Virus record (IMG/VR): IMGVR_UViG_3300046674_000362
Location: 1-64,000 of that record
Strand: one strand, 5' to 3'
DNA length: 64,000 nucleotides
Source of the DNA: a virus
Positions 8,963-17,725 of the stretch are shown in pieces (position 1 is the first letter of the stretch; the number at the start of each line of letters is the position of its first letter). Both the position numbers and the translations under genes were made by a program. The notes under the pieces were generated by a model, which saw only the letters and a program-made list of their open reading frames with translations, was not told where the DNA came from and did no database searches.

Positions 8963-9207
8963 TGCTGGGCTCCCAGTTTGCAGCCGACCGGGTACTTGCG
9001 CGCCAGCCAGATTTGACCCTTCTCGGTCAGCAGCGCGTTGCACTCGCGCTGGCGCAGGTTGGCGACGATGAAGTGGCCGCGATTGATATGCTCCTGATAC
9101 GGACGGCCGCAGGCTTGCAGGATGGCGTCAGCCCTCATGCGCTCGACCAAGGCGGCCTCATCATGCATGAGCGTGTTAGCGAAGCGGGTAATGGTAATGC
9201 GGCTCAT
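8959..9207 (-). CDS. Stand-alone antirepressor KilA-C (ANT)-like domain protein
   Basis: PYQEHINRGHF...LTEKGQIWL matches the ANT domain pattern. Confidence 0.7.
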   Translation of the reverse strand: MSRITITRFANTLMHDEAALVERMRADAILQACGRPYQEHINRGHFIVANLRQRECNALLTEKGQIWLARKYPVGCKLGAQQ

Positions 9208-9755
9208 GCGGCCTCCTTGTAGACTTGTTGCTGTTCGATGCGCCGCGTGACTTCAGCGAATGCCGACAGGACATCGGCCTGTTTCGTTACTTCGAGCTGG
9301 GCGGCGTACACGTCGATGCCCTCGTTGATCGCGTCGTTCGCGGCATCGCTCCAGCCCCATGCGCCGGTTCGCTCGAAGCACATCTTGACCACGAAAATCT
9401 GGTCCTGCGCCTCCACTATCGTGTCGAGCCATTCCGGGCCAAAGCCGCGCTCGCACAGCACGAGCGCGACATTCAGCACCTCCGTTACCTTGTTCCAGTC
9501 ATCGAGCCCGCCGTTACCGTTCTTCAGCAGGACCAGCGCGGTTTTGCAGTCCACCGCCCAGTCCTTTTGCTTGTCGGCGTCGAGGTGCTGAGCGAATCGC
9601 TCGCGCAGCTCGGCCTGCTTTTCATCGCTCACCTGGGTGGCCGTGAACGTCGCGCGCCAGTTGTCGCGGATCGCCTTGTATGCGGCGTCCGCCTTGACCG
9701 GGCGCGGCTGGTATTTCTTGTCGCGCCTCGGCTTGCTTCCGTGCTTCGATGCCAT
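9204..9755 (-). CDS. Hypothetical phage protein
   Basis: ORF track; coupled within the early operon. Confidence 0.75.
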   Translation of the reverse strand: MASKHGSKPRRDKKYQPRPVKADAAYKAIRDNWRATFTATQVSDEKQAELRERFAQHLDADKQKDWAVDCKTALVLLKNGNGGLDDWNKVTEVLNVALVLCERGFGPEWLDTIVEAQDQIFVVKMCFERTGAWGWSDAANDAINEGIDVYAAQLEVTKQADVLSAFAEVTRRIEQQQVYKEAA

Positions 9756-9756
9756 A

Positions 9757-9990
9757 TCAGCCCTCGCCTACGGCCGGGGCGCACATCGGCACCACCAGAT
9801 TGCGCCGCGCGAAGGCCACCTTGATACGCTCGACCAAAACGGCCGGTGCGCGGGACTTTTTCGCGGTGTTATTCAAGTGGTAATGCACGTTGGCCTGGGT
9901 GCAGCCCAGTTCGGCGGCGATGGCCTGCTGCGTCATCCTTCCGTCGTCGTACAAGGTCGATAGCGCCTGCTTTACGTCAACTTCTTTCAT
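9757..9990 (-). CDS. cro: Cro-like repressor
   Basis: MTQQAIAAELGCTQANVHYHL HTH; 77 aa; divergent from the cI-like gene. Confidence 0.75.
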   Translation of the reverse strand: MKEVDVKQALSTLYDDGRMTQQAIAAELGCTQANVHYHLNNTAKKSRAPAVLVERIKVAFARRNLVVPMCAPAVGEG

Positions 9991-10197
9991 CTGCGGAACC
10001 CTAGTCTTGTCATATTTTTTCTTTGTTGCCTGTAAGAATTGGCCTACGGATTATAAGCATCTAAATATCCCGCTGCCAATACCTGAACAACATTTTTATT
10101 GGTATTGACATAAAGCAACGGTTTTCGGCCCCCTTTATTTCCACGTAGATATGGTGTATAAATGGCGAATTATAAGTTTATTGATTAAAAATATAGA
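9991..10197. promoter_or_regulatory. Divergent cro/cI control region
   Basis: AT-rich; TTGACA at about 10105; ATTATAAG repeated at about 10050 and 10169. Confidence 0.6.
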
Positions 10198-10932
10198 ATG
10201 GAAGGCAACATGATAGGGATGGGCGCAACCTCAAACTCGTCAAATGGCGTGCGAGTGCCATCAACGACCGGCGAGCGCGTCAAGGCTCGCCGCCTGGAGC
10301 TGGACCTCTCGCAAACCGAGTTGGCGAACAAAGCGGGCCTGACTCAGCCGACCATATCGGGGCTAGAGAAAAATCGGTCGCACAGCAGCGGCAGCTTGGC
10401 GTCCATCGCGCGGGTGCTGGGCGTCAGCGCGCTATGGCTGGAAACGGGCATGGGTGATATGGTCCCATCGCATCCAGAAGAACCGCTTTCGGTCATCGTG
10501 GGCGATCCTGATGCGGTCATGGTCCCCCTGCTGGAGTGCAAGGGCAGTTGCGGCAATGGCCGCCTGTATGGCGACGTGGACTATTCCCCCATCACTATCA
10601 GCGCCCGGCTGCTGCGCTCGTTCTACGGGCGGGCCGCCAGTGAAAACCTCATCGCCTTGTATGCCGACGGCGACTCGATGGCGAGCTACATCATGCACGG
10701 CGACATCATCGTGTTCGACACTGGCATCGCCGACTTTCAGGAAAGCGGCATCTATCTGCTCGATACGCCTGACGGCCTGCGCGTCAAGCGGGTCAGCCGC
10801 CGCGCCGATGGCCGGGTTGTCCTGCGCAGTGACAGCCCGGATAAAACTCGCTTTCCCGACGAGGAATACAGCGCCGAGGAAGCGCCTCTCTTGACCGTCA
10901 AAGCCAAGTTTGTGCTGCGCATGGGCGGCTAA
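10198..10932 (+). CDS. cI: CI-like repressor (XRE HTH plus S24 peptidase)
   Basis: LSQTELANKAGLTQPTISGLE HTH; GDSM (catalytic Ser) and VKR (catalytic Lys); SCGNG cleavage loop. Exact start codon uncertain. Confidence 0.92.
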   Translation: MEGNMIGMGATSNSSNGVRVPSTTGERVKARRLELDLSQTELANKAGLTQPTISGLEKNRSHSSGSLASIARVLGVSALWLETGMGDMVPSHPEEPLSVIVGDPDAVMVPLLECKGSCGNGRLYGDVDYSPITISARLLRSFYGRAASENLIALYADGDSMASYIMHGDIIVFDTGIADFQESGIYLLDTPDGLRVKRVSRRADGRVVLRSDSPDKTRFPDEEYSAEEAPLLTVKAKFVLRMGG

Positions 10933-10966
10933 AGACCTCCCCCAGCCTTCCCTGTTCCCTCCGTTT

Positions 10967-10991
10967 GCCCGCCATTGAGCGGGCTTTTTTT
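10967..10991 (+). terminator. Rho-independent terminator after cI
   Basis: GCCCGC-cattga-GCGGGC followed by T7. Confidence 0.85.
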
Positions 10992-11019
10992 CGTCTGTAC
11001 GACACGCCTTGCCGCCTCG

Positions 11020-11190
11020 GAATGAATTTTTTTGCATAGTTCTCATGAGGCAACATATAAAAATATATGGTTTTTTCCGCAAATATATAGAAATCCCTAT
11101 TGCGCCAAATTATTTCTATCCCTATACTTTTGCTCATTAGCATTTCTATGCTATAGACCAATAAAAACCCACTTTGCGGAGGAACCCAGC
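11020..11190 (+). promoter_or_regulatory. AT-rich early promoter/operator region (PL-like)
   Basis: AT-rich with repeated CTAT/ATAG half-sites; precedes a GGAGG RBS and the recombination operon. Confidence 0.5.
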
Positions 11191-11191
11191 A

Positions 11192-11335
11192 ATGAGCACC
11201 TTTAGCGTCAAGGTCCGTACCAACGACGGCACCCGCCACCAGTTCGACCAGCTCGGCCGCACGGCCGCCGAAGTCCATGAGGCAGCATCCGAGCGCTTCG
11301 GCCATCTGTGCAACGTCTTGGTTATGCCGAAATGA
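11192..11335 (+). CDS. Small hypothetical protein (47 aa)
   Basis: Below the ORF-track cutoff. GGAGG RBS; MSTFSVKVRTNDG...VMPK*; ATGA overlap with the next gene. Confidence 0.7.
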   Translation: MSTFSVKVRTNDGTRHQFDQLGRTAAEVHEAASERFGHLCNVLVMPK

Positions 11336-11484
11336 GCACCACAGCACAGGCCCGCCAGTTGTTCAGCGACCGCCGACTGGCCGCAAAGTGGGTTTTGGCT
11401 CGCCGCTACATCAACGAGCGCGGCCTGCAACCCTACCCCTACCTGCCAATGGCGCTGCGGATCGTTCGCGGCCCGATCCATTAA
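11332..11484 (+). CDS. Small hypothetical protein (50 aa)
   Basis: MSTTAQARQLFSDRRLAAKW...GPIH*; coupled to the previous ORF. Confidence 0.65.
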   Translation: MSTTAQARQLFSDRRLAAKWVLARRYINERGLQPYPYLPMALRIVRGPIH

Positions 11485-11499
11485 CCCGGAGTACATCCA

Positions 11500-12810
11500 A
11501 TGAGTGACAATCAACAAGCCGCCGTCGCCGCCGTCGCCATCGCCCATGATGCCGCGACCGTCATGGGCTTCCAAAACCTCGGCGCGTTCGAGTTCATGCA
11601 GCGCGTCGCGAAGGGCTTTGCGCTGTCCACGATGGTCCCGCCCGCATATCAGGCGGTCGTGTCCGAGGGCTATGGCCGCGACAAGAAATGGGTCCAGAAC
11701 CCGGCCGCCCTGAGCAATTGCATGGTGGCGCTCGACCTCGCGCAGCGCATGGGCGCATCGCCCTTGCAAGTCATGCAAAACCTGCATGTGATCGAGGGCC
11801 GCCCGAGCTGGGCAAGCGCGTTCATCATCGGCCTCATCAACAACAGCGGCCACTACGCGCACGGCCTGCGCTTCCGCTTCGAGTGGCTGGAAGAAAAGGA
11901 GGTGACTTACACCACCGTCGAGTGGATCAGCAACGTCCGGCAGGAAGTCGCCAAGACCATCAGGATCAAGGACGCGGTTTGCATCGCCTGGACGAAAGAC
12001 AAGTCCGGCGAGATTGTCGAATCCTCCCCCGTCACGCTGGAAATGGCCGTGCAAGAGGGCTGGTACACCCGCAACGGCAGCAAGTGGCGCACCATGCCGC
12101 AGCAGATGGCGCAGTACCGCGCCGCCGCGTTCTTCGGCCGCACCTACAACCCGGAGCTGTTGATGGGCCTGCCGACGGCTGACGAAATTCACGACATTAT
12201 CGACGTGACGCCGCAGGCGGACGGCACCTATGCAGCGCCGCCAGCCGTCGCGCCGGAAGCAGCCGCACCGGAAGCGACAGCCCGCACCCCGCGCGCCCCG
12301 CGTGCCAAACAGGACGCCGCCCAAGCCACCGACGTGACGCCCTCGCCTGCCGCCGAGCCGACCCCGGCACCAGCACCAGCACCAGCACCGGCCGCCGAGC
12401 CCGAGCCCGAGCCCGAGCTGACCCAGGCACCGGCCGCCGAAGTCCAGCCCGAGCCGATCCCGGCACCGACCACCGAGCCGACCACCGAGCCGACCCCGGA
12501 ACCGACCCCGGAACCGACCCCGGCCGCAACCCCGGCCGCAACCCCGGAACCGACCCCGGCACCGGCCGCCAAGAAAGCCGCCGCCAAGGCGACCCCGGCC
12601 CCGGCCCCGGCAGCAGCGACCACCAGCGCCAGCGCCCCGGTCCTGTCGCCGCAGAAAATCGCTTTCGTCAAAGCCCAGCTCGATACCACTGGCGGCTGGA
12701 CGACGGCCGATTTCACGGCCAAGTTCGGCATCACGCCCGATGCCCTGACCGTGCCGCAGTTCCCCGATGTGCTGGCATGGTTCAAGCAACCGAAGCCCGC
12801 GAGCGCATAA
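11500..12810 (+). CDS. RecT/Beta-like single-strand annealing protein with long Pro/Thr/Glu linker
   Basis: SPLQVMQNLHVIEGRPSW...MAVQEGW...SKWRTMPQQMAQYRAAAFFGR...PELLMG; adjacent to an exonuclease gene. Confidence 0.75.
   Translation: MSDNQQAAVAAVAIAHDAATVMGFQNLGAFEFMQRVAKGFALSTMVPPAYQAVVSEGYGRDKKWVQNPAALSNCMVALDLAQRMGASPLQVMQNLHVIEGRPSWASAFIIGLINNSGHYAHGLRFRFEWLEEKEVTYTTVEWISNVRQEVAKTIRIKDAVCIAWTKDKSGEIVESSPVTLEMAVQEGWYTRNGSKWRTMPQQMAQYRAAAFFGRTYNPELLMGLPTADEIHDIIDVTPQADGTYAAPPAVAPEAAAPEATARTPRAPRAKQDAAQATDVTPSPAAEPTPAPAPAPAPAAEPEPEPELTQAPAAEVQPEPIPAPTTEPTTEPTPEPTPEPTPAATPAATPEPTPAPAAKKAAAKATPAPAPAAATTSASAPVLSPQKIAFVKAQLDTTGGWTTADFTAKFGITPDALTVPQFPDVLAWFKQPKPASA
12340..12615. repeat. Mixed 6- and 12-bp tandem repeats (PAPA, EPEP, PTTE, PTPE, TPAA)
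   Basis: Seen directly. Confidence 0.85.
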
Positions 12811-13410
12811 ATGCTGACGTTTGACGAAGCCCGGCACGAATACCGCTTCAACGGCGAGCTGATCCCGTCTGTGACGGGCGTCCTCAAGCCGCTGGTAGAT
12901 TACTCGGGCATCCACCCGGACGTGCTCAAGCGTGCGAGCGAGCTGGGCACGCTGGTCCACAAGACCACGGAGCTGTATGACGAGGGCGTGCTGGACGAGG
13001 ACGATCTGGACCCGATCCTGCGCCCTTACCTCGACGGCTGGAAGCTGTTCAGGCATGAGGTGGGATTCGTGCCCGACACCATCGAAAAGCGCATGTACCA
13101 CCCGACGTTCCGCTACTGCGGCACGTCGGACAGGACCGGCGCGATTCGTGGGCACAAGGCCGTAGTGGACATTAAGAAAATGATGACGCTCGGCCCGGTC
13201 ATCGGCCCCCAGCTCGCCGCCTACAAGGAAATGCACAACCTCGAAGGCGCGGGCATCGAAAAGCGCTTCGCCCTGGGCCTGCGCCCGGATGGCACCTATC
13301 GCCTGCAAGAGTTCGCCGACCCGAGCGACCTACCCTGCTTTATGTCCCTGCTGACGATGATGCGCGCGCAGGAAACGATTAATAACTGGAGAGCCAAGCA
13401 TGGCAAGTAA
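12811..13410 (+). CDS. PD-(D/E)xK exonuclease (partner of the annealing protein)
   Basis: PSVT...GTLVH...E...YCGTSDR...VVDIK...QLAAY. Confidence 0.85.
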   Translation: MLTFDEARHEYRFNGELIPSVTGVLKPLVDYSGIHPDVLKRASELGTLVHKTTELYDEGVLDEDDLDPILRPYLDGWKLFRHEVGFVPDTIEKRMYHPTFRYCGTSDRTGAIRGHKAVVDIKKMMTLGPVIGPQLAAYKEMHNLEGAGIEKRFALGLRPDGTYRLQEFADPSDLPCFMSLLTMMRAQETINNWRAKHGK

Positions 13411-14236
13411 GAAAATCAAGGTGGACACCGCCGCGAACGATGGGGGCGCGGCTGATCTGGCCGTGTTGCCAGCGGACGCCCCGAAGGGCACGGACCTGAT
13501 GGCCGAAGCCGCCACCGTCTGCGAATCCCTGTGCGTTACCGTGATCGACAGCCCCATCATGTACGAGCTGGCGGCCACGGAGCTGCAAGAGCTGCAAGCG
13601 AAGTACAAGGCGCTGGAAGATAAGCGCTTCGCCATCACCCGCCCGATGGACGCGGCCAAGAAAGCCGTCATGAGCCTGTTCAATCCGGCGCTCGACCGCC
13701 TCAATACGGCCATCACCGGCCTCAAGGCGTCGATGCTGGAATACGACCGCGAGGAAAAGCGCAAGGCCGCCATCAAGCAGCAATTGCTGGACAAGATCGC
13801 CGCCGACCAGAAGGCCGCGCTGGCGGCCGAGGCCGCCCGGCAGGCCGAGGAAGCGCGCGTGCAGTCCGAGCGCGCCGCGCAGCTCATGGAGAAGGGCGAC
13901 AGCGCCGGGTTCAACGAGGCCATGACCGCCGCCGAGACTGCGCAGGAAATGGCAGCGGCCCTTTCGCAGACTGGCGCAGTTGTCAGCGCGGCGACGGCGC
14001 TCACGGCCGTGCCGACCGTCGCAGGCATCACCACTGCCGACGTGTGGAAGGCCCGCGTTACCGACCTCCCTGCCCTGCTGCGCTTCGTCGCCGATCACCC
14101 GGAATATCACGACTGGATCGAGGTCAAGATGACCGGCCTGCACGATATGGCGAAGGCCCAGCGTACCGAACTGCGCGTGCCCGGCGTCGAGGCGTTCGAG
14201 GAATCCCGCATCGCCGCCGCTCGCAAGGCGGCATAA
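13400..14236 (+). CDS. Coiled-coil phage protein
   Basis: Long Ala/Glu/Lys helical region; C-terminal W.ARV.D...VPGVEAFEE motif common in phage recombination modules. Confidence 0.75.
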   Translation: MASKKIKVDTAANDGGAADLAVLPADAPKGTDLMAEAATVCESLCVTVIDSPIMYELAATELQELQAKYKALEDKRFAITRPMDAAKKAVMSLFNPALDRLNTAITGLKASMLEYDREEKRKAAIKQQLLDKIAADQKAALAAEAARQAEEARVQSERAAQLMEKGDSAGFNEAMTAAETAQEMAAALSQTGAVVSAATALTAVPTVAGITTADVWKARVTDLPALLRFVADHPEYHDWIEVKMTGLHDMAKAQRTELRVPGVEAFEESRIAAARKAA

Positions 14237-14299
14237 GCATCACCGGGCAGGCCCGCCCTGCCCTTCCAAAAACGAGAACCGAAAGAACCGAGAATAACC

Positions 14300-15547
14300 A
14301 TGTGGATCAGAAACGCCCAGGTGTACCGCCTCCCCGCCCCCTACGCAATGACTGCCGAAAAGCTGGCTGAGGCCATCGCGCATCAAAAATTCGTGCCTTG
14401 CACCAGCATGGAAAAGGACCGCTCGGGCTGGGTTGCGCCCTTCCCCGACGGTGAGCTGGTGCATGTGGTGAACCGCCAGTATTTCCTGAAGCTCTGCACG
14501 CAAACCAAGGTGCTGCCGGGCTCAGTCGTGAACAAGGAGCTGAAGGCGCGCGCCGCCGCCCTGGAAGAACAACAGGGCTTCGCGCCTGGGAAGAAGGCCA
14601 CCAAGGAGCTGAAGGAGCGCATCACCGACGAGCTGCTGGCGAAGGCGTTCGCGAAGGACGAGCACATGCTGGTCTGGATCGACCCGGTGAACGGCTGGCT
14701 GGTCATCGACGCGGCCAGCGCCAGCAAGGCCGATGCCGTGGTGAAGCTGCTGCTGAAGGCCATCGACAAGCTGCCGCTCGAATCGCTGCGCGTGCAGCGC
14801 TCGCCGGTTGCCGTCATGACCGGCTGGCTGGAGTCGGACGAAGCCCCGTATAACTTCACGATGGATCAGGATGCGACCCTGAAGGCGACCGGCGAGAGCA
14901 ACGCCACGGTGCGCTACCAGCGTCACAGCCTGGACCCGGAGGATATGCGCCGCCACATCGCCGCAGGCAAGCAGTGCGTGCGGCTGGCGATGACGTGGAA
15001 CAGCCGCGTGTCGTTCGTGCTGGACGAGTCGCTGACCATCAAGGGCATCAAGCCACTCGATGTCATCAAGGAAGGCACCGCGATCACCTACAGCGATCAG
15101 GAGCGCGCCGACAACGACCTCATGCTGATGTCTGGCGAGCTGTCGAAGCTCCTGGGCGATCTGGTCGAGGCGATGGGCGGCGAGGCGAAGGATGGCGAAG
15201 CGGGCAGCGATGGCCAGCAGCAGATCGCCGATGGCAGTGCCCACGAGGCGGTCCGCAAGCTGCACCAGATGGCCGCGAGCGAGGGCGTGAGCGCCACCCT
15301 GATCTACGGTGACAAGTCCGTGACGTTCGGCGCGAAGCTACCGCCTGATGGCGAAGGCGACGACGCCGCCATGTACGAAAAGGCCGTCGCTATCGTGCGT
15401 CAGCACCAGCGCGCATCTATCTCCCTGGTCCAGCGCCACCTCGCCATCGGCTACAACCGCGCCGCGCGCCTGATGGAACAAATGGAAGCCAAGGGCGTCG
15501 TCGGCCCGATGGAGTCGAACGGAAACCGCACCATCATCAACCAATAA
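14300..15547 (+). CDS. rdgC: RdgC fused to a C-terminal FtsK gamma (wHTH) domain
   Basis: MWIRNAQVYRL...SGWV.P...LPGSVV (RdgC); YEKAVAIV...ASISLVQRHLAIGYNRAARLMEQMEAKGVVGP (FtsK gamma). Confidence 0.92.
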   Translation: MWIRNAQVYRLPAPYAMTAEKLAEAIAHQKFVPCTSMEKDRSGWVAPFPDGELVHVVNRQYFLKLCTQTKVLPGSVVNKELKARAAALEEQQGFAPGKKATKELKERITDELLAKAFAKDEHMLVWIDPVNGWLVIDAASASKADAVVKLLLKAIDKLPLESLRVQRSPVAVMTGWLESDEAPYNFTMDQDATLKATGESNATVRYQRHSLDPEDMRRHIAAGKQCVRLAMTWNSRVSFVLDESLTIKGIKPLDVIKEGTAITYSDQERADNDLMLMSGELSKLLGDLVEAMGGEAKDGEAGSDGQQQIADGSAHEAVRKLHQMAASEGVSATLIYGDKSVTFGAKLPPDGEGDDAAMYEKAVAIVRQHQRASISLVQRHLAIGYNRAARLMEQMEAKGVVGPMESNGNRTIINQ

Positions 15548-15565
15548 CAACAGGAGAACCGCCCC

Positions 15566-16510
15566 ATGAATACCACGAAAACCCCTGCCGCTGCCGCCGC
15601 ATCGCAGTTTGTGTCCCTCAAGGCCGCTGCCGAGGACAAGGCTAATCCAGCCGTCGGCAAGGAAACCACTTTCAAGGTTGACCCGCGTGTGATCGAGATT
15701 CAGCCGGGCTTTAACCGGCCGATCAGCCGCGAGCACGTCGAACAGCTCAAGACCTCGATTCGCAACGGCGCGACCCTGCCACCGATCTTCGTCCGCGTCG
15801 AGCCGGGCCGCATCATCATGGTGGATGGCGAGCACCGCTGGATCGCCGTCATGGAGCTGATCGCCGATGGCATGGAAATCCCGTTTATGTCGGCCATCCA
15901 GTTCCGGGGCAGCGACGCCGACGCCATCGCGCACTTGCTCACCAGCGCGCAAGGGCAGGCAATCTCGCCGCTCGACCAGGGCATCCAGTATCTCAAGCTG
16001 GTGCGCCTGCACTGGGACGTGAAGATGATCGCCGCGCGTACCGGCAAGAGCACCACGCACATTGAAAACTGCCTGACGCTGGCCGAGGCGAATACCGACG
16101 TGCAGCAGGCCGTGCGTAACGGCGAGGTCGCAAGCTCGCTGGCCGTCGATCTGGTCAAGGAACACGGCCCCGAGGCCGGGAAGGTTATTCAAACCGAGCT
16201 GGTCAAGGCCAAGGACAGCGGCAAAACCAAGGTGACGCGCGCCAGCGTGCAGGGGCGCGCGGTGCCGCGCAAGCTGGTGGATCGCGTCGAGAGCAACATG
16301 CGGACCCTGTTCGAGTCGCGGCCGGACCTGACGGCCGAGGGACTGGCCGAGCTGCCCGAGGGTGCTTCGGTATCGGTTCCGGCCGCCCTGCTGGCCGAGC
16401 TGCGCGCCGCACATGATGAGGTGCAGAAGATGCGCGCCAAGGAAGCGGCGGCCGCTGCGGCTGCGCCCCAGGCACCAGCCACCCCCGAGGAAGGCACCGG
16501 CAACGAATAA
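15566..16510 (+). CDS. ParB/Srx-domain protein with HTH
   Basis: PGFNR...LPPIFV...MVDGEHR; HTH IAARTGKSTTHI. Confidence 0.85.
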   Translation: MNTTKTPAAAAASQFVSLKAAAEDKANPAVGKETTFKVDPRVIEIQPGFNRPISREHVEQLKTSIRNGATLPPIFVRVEPGRIIMVDGEHRWIAVMELIADGMEIPFMSAIQFRGSDADAIAHLLTSAQGQAISPLDQGIQYLKLVRLHWDVKMIAARTGKSTTHIENCLTLAEANTDVQQAVRNGEVASSLAVDLVKEHGPEAGKVIQTELVKAKDSGKTKVTRASVQGRAVPRKLVDRVESNMRTLFESRPDLTAEGLAELPEGASVSVPAALLAELRAAHDEVQKMRAKEAAAAAAAPQAPATPEEGTGNE

Positions 16511-16695
16511 TGCAACTCTCATTCTTTGATGAGCTTGACGCGCCCGCACCGGCACCCGCCCAGGTTGCGGTCGCGTCACGAATAATCGAGACTCCGCATG
16601 CGCGCTGCCCGGCGTGCGGCTCGATGTTCCTGGCAGTCGAGTGGCTGGCATGGCGCAAGGCTGGTTACTGTCGTGAATCACATCAACCCAAATGA
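16510..16695 (+). CDS. Small CxxC protein
   Basis: 61 aa; CPAC; TAATG coupling to the upstream gene. Confidence 0.5.
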   Translation: MQLSFFDELDAPAPAPAQVAVASRIIETPHARCPACGSMFLAVEWLAWRKAGYCRESHQPK

Positions 16696-16960
16696 TAGCG
16701 AATCACATAACTCCATATTATTTGTATCCACATCATTTCATGTGACATCACATCAGATGATGTGATGTCAACTCACATAACTCAGCCGCCACGCCCGTTA
16801 CAAGGAGTTGGCGGCTTTTCGCGCCGAATGCGATGTTAATTGATGTCAAATGATGTCATATCACATCAAGTTAAGTAGGCAAAATCGATATGATGTGATG
16901 TTATATCAATCTATGTCATCTTAAATAATTCAATATCGCATTAGGTGATTTAATGTGACT
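16675..16960. repeat. TGATGT/ACATCA repeat array; candidate centromere (parS/parH-like) and par operator
   Basis: Many TGATG/CACAT units in both orientations; perfect 13-bp inverted repeat TGACATCACATCA-ga-TGATGTGATGTCA at 16743-16770; just upstream of parA. Confidence 0.75.
16784..16820 (+). terminator. Probable terminator of the early recombination operon
   Basis: AGCCGCCA...TGGCGGCT followed by TTT. Confidence 0.55.
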
Positions 16961-17083
16961 CGACACGGAATAGCCTCATGTAAATCCATTTGAAATAGTT
17001 CAACATGGTATTAGATTTCCCTTGCGTGAACTTATAAAGAGTCTGATAATCGCGAGTGTTATCAATCCACCAAGGGGAAGCGC

Positions 17084-17725
17084 ATGAATGTCTTGATCGC
17101 AGGCGAGAAGGGCGGCACCGGGAAAACCACCACGTCAATTAACATGGCCGTGGCGCGCGCGCTGGCGAGCCGTGATGTGCTGCTGGTGAACGCCGACAAG
17201 CAAAACAGCGCTGCGGAGTGGGCGGCGATCCGGGCTAGAGAGAAAATCGCGCCGAATATCACTTGCGTTTCGATTCTCGGGGCAACGCTGGCCGACGAAA
17301 TCCGCAGGCTCGAAGGGAAGTTTGAGGACATTATCATCGACGCAGGCGGCATCGACTCGCTCGAACTGCGCTCGGGGATGCTGGTCGCCGACGTGATCGT
17401 GACGCCTGCCCGCCCGTCCCAGTTCGACGTTTTCACGCTGGCGAAGATGGACAAACTTGTGGCCGAGGCAAAGGCGTTCAACACGAAGCTCACGGCCGCG
17501 ATCCTCTGCAATTGCGCGCCGACGCACCCGAACAGCACCGATGCGCAGGAAATGGCCGAGTACGTCGATGGCCTGCAAAACTACACGATGCTGCAAACTA
17601 TCGTCCGCCAGCGCAAGGTGTACCAGAACTGCGCCCGCGACGGCATGGGCGCGCTCGAATACGTCCGGGGCGATGAAAAGGCAATCGCTGAAATGACCGC
17701 CCTCGCTGCGGAGATTTGGGCATGA
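17084..17725 (+). CDS. parA: Short (type Ib) ParA partition ATPase
   Basis: KGGTGKTT deviant Walker A; NADKQ; IIIDAGG; no N-terminal HTH. Confidence 0.93.
   Translation: MNVLIAGEKGGTGKTTTSINMAVARALASRDVLLVNADKQNSAAEWAAIRAREKIAPNITCVSILGATLADEIRRLEGKFEDIIIDAGGIDSLELRSGMLVADVIVTPARPSQFDVFTLAKMDKLVAEAKAFNTKLTAAILCNCAPTHPNSTDAQEMAEYVDGLQNYTMLQTIVRQRKVYQNCARDGMGALEYVRGDEKAIAEMTALAAEIWA

Noticed and set aside
11146-13308. 720-aa minus-strand ORF, and similar ones at 24586-26490, 33123-34715 and 4787-6409
   Set aside because: Each lies opposite a well-supported gene and reads as low-complexity shadow sequence.
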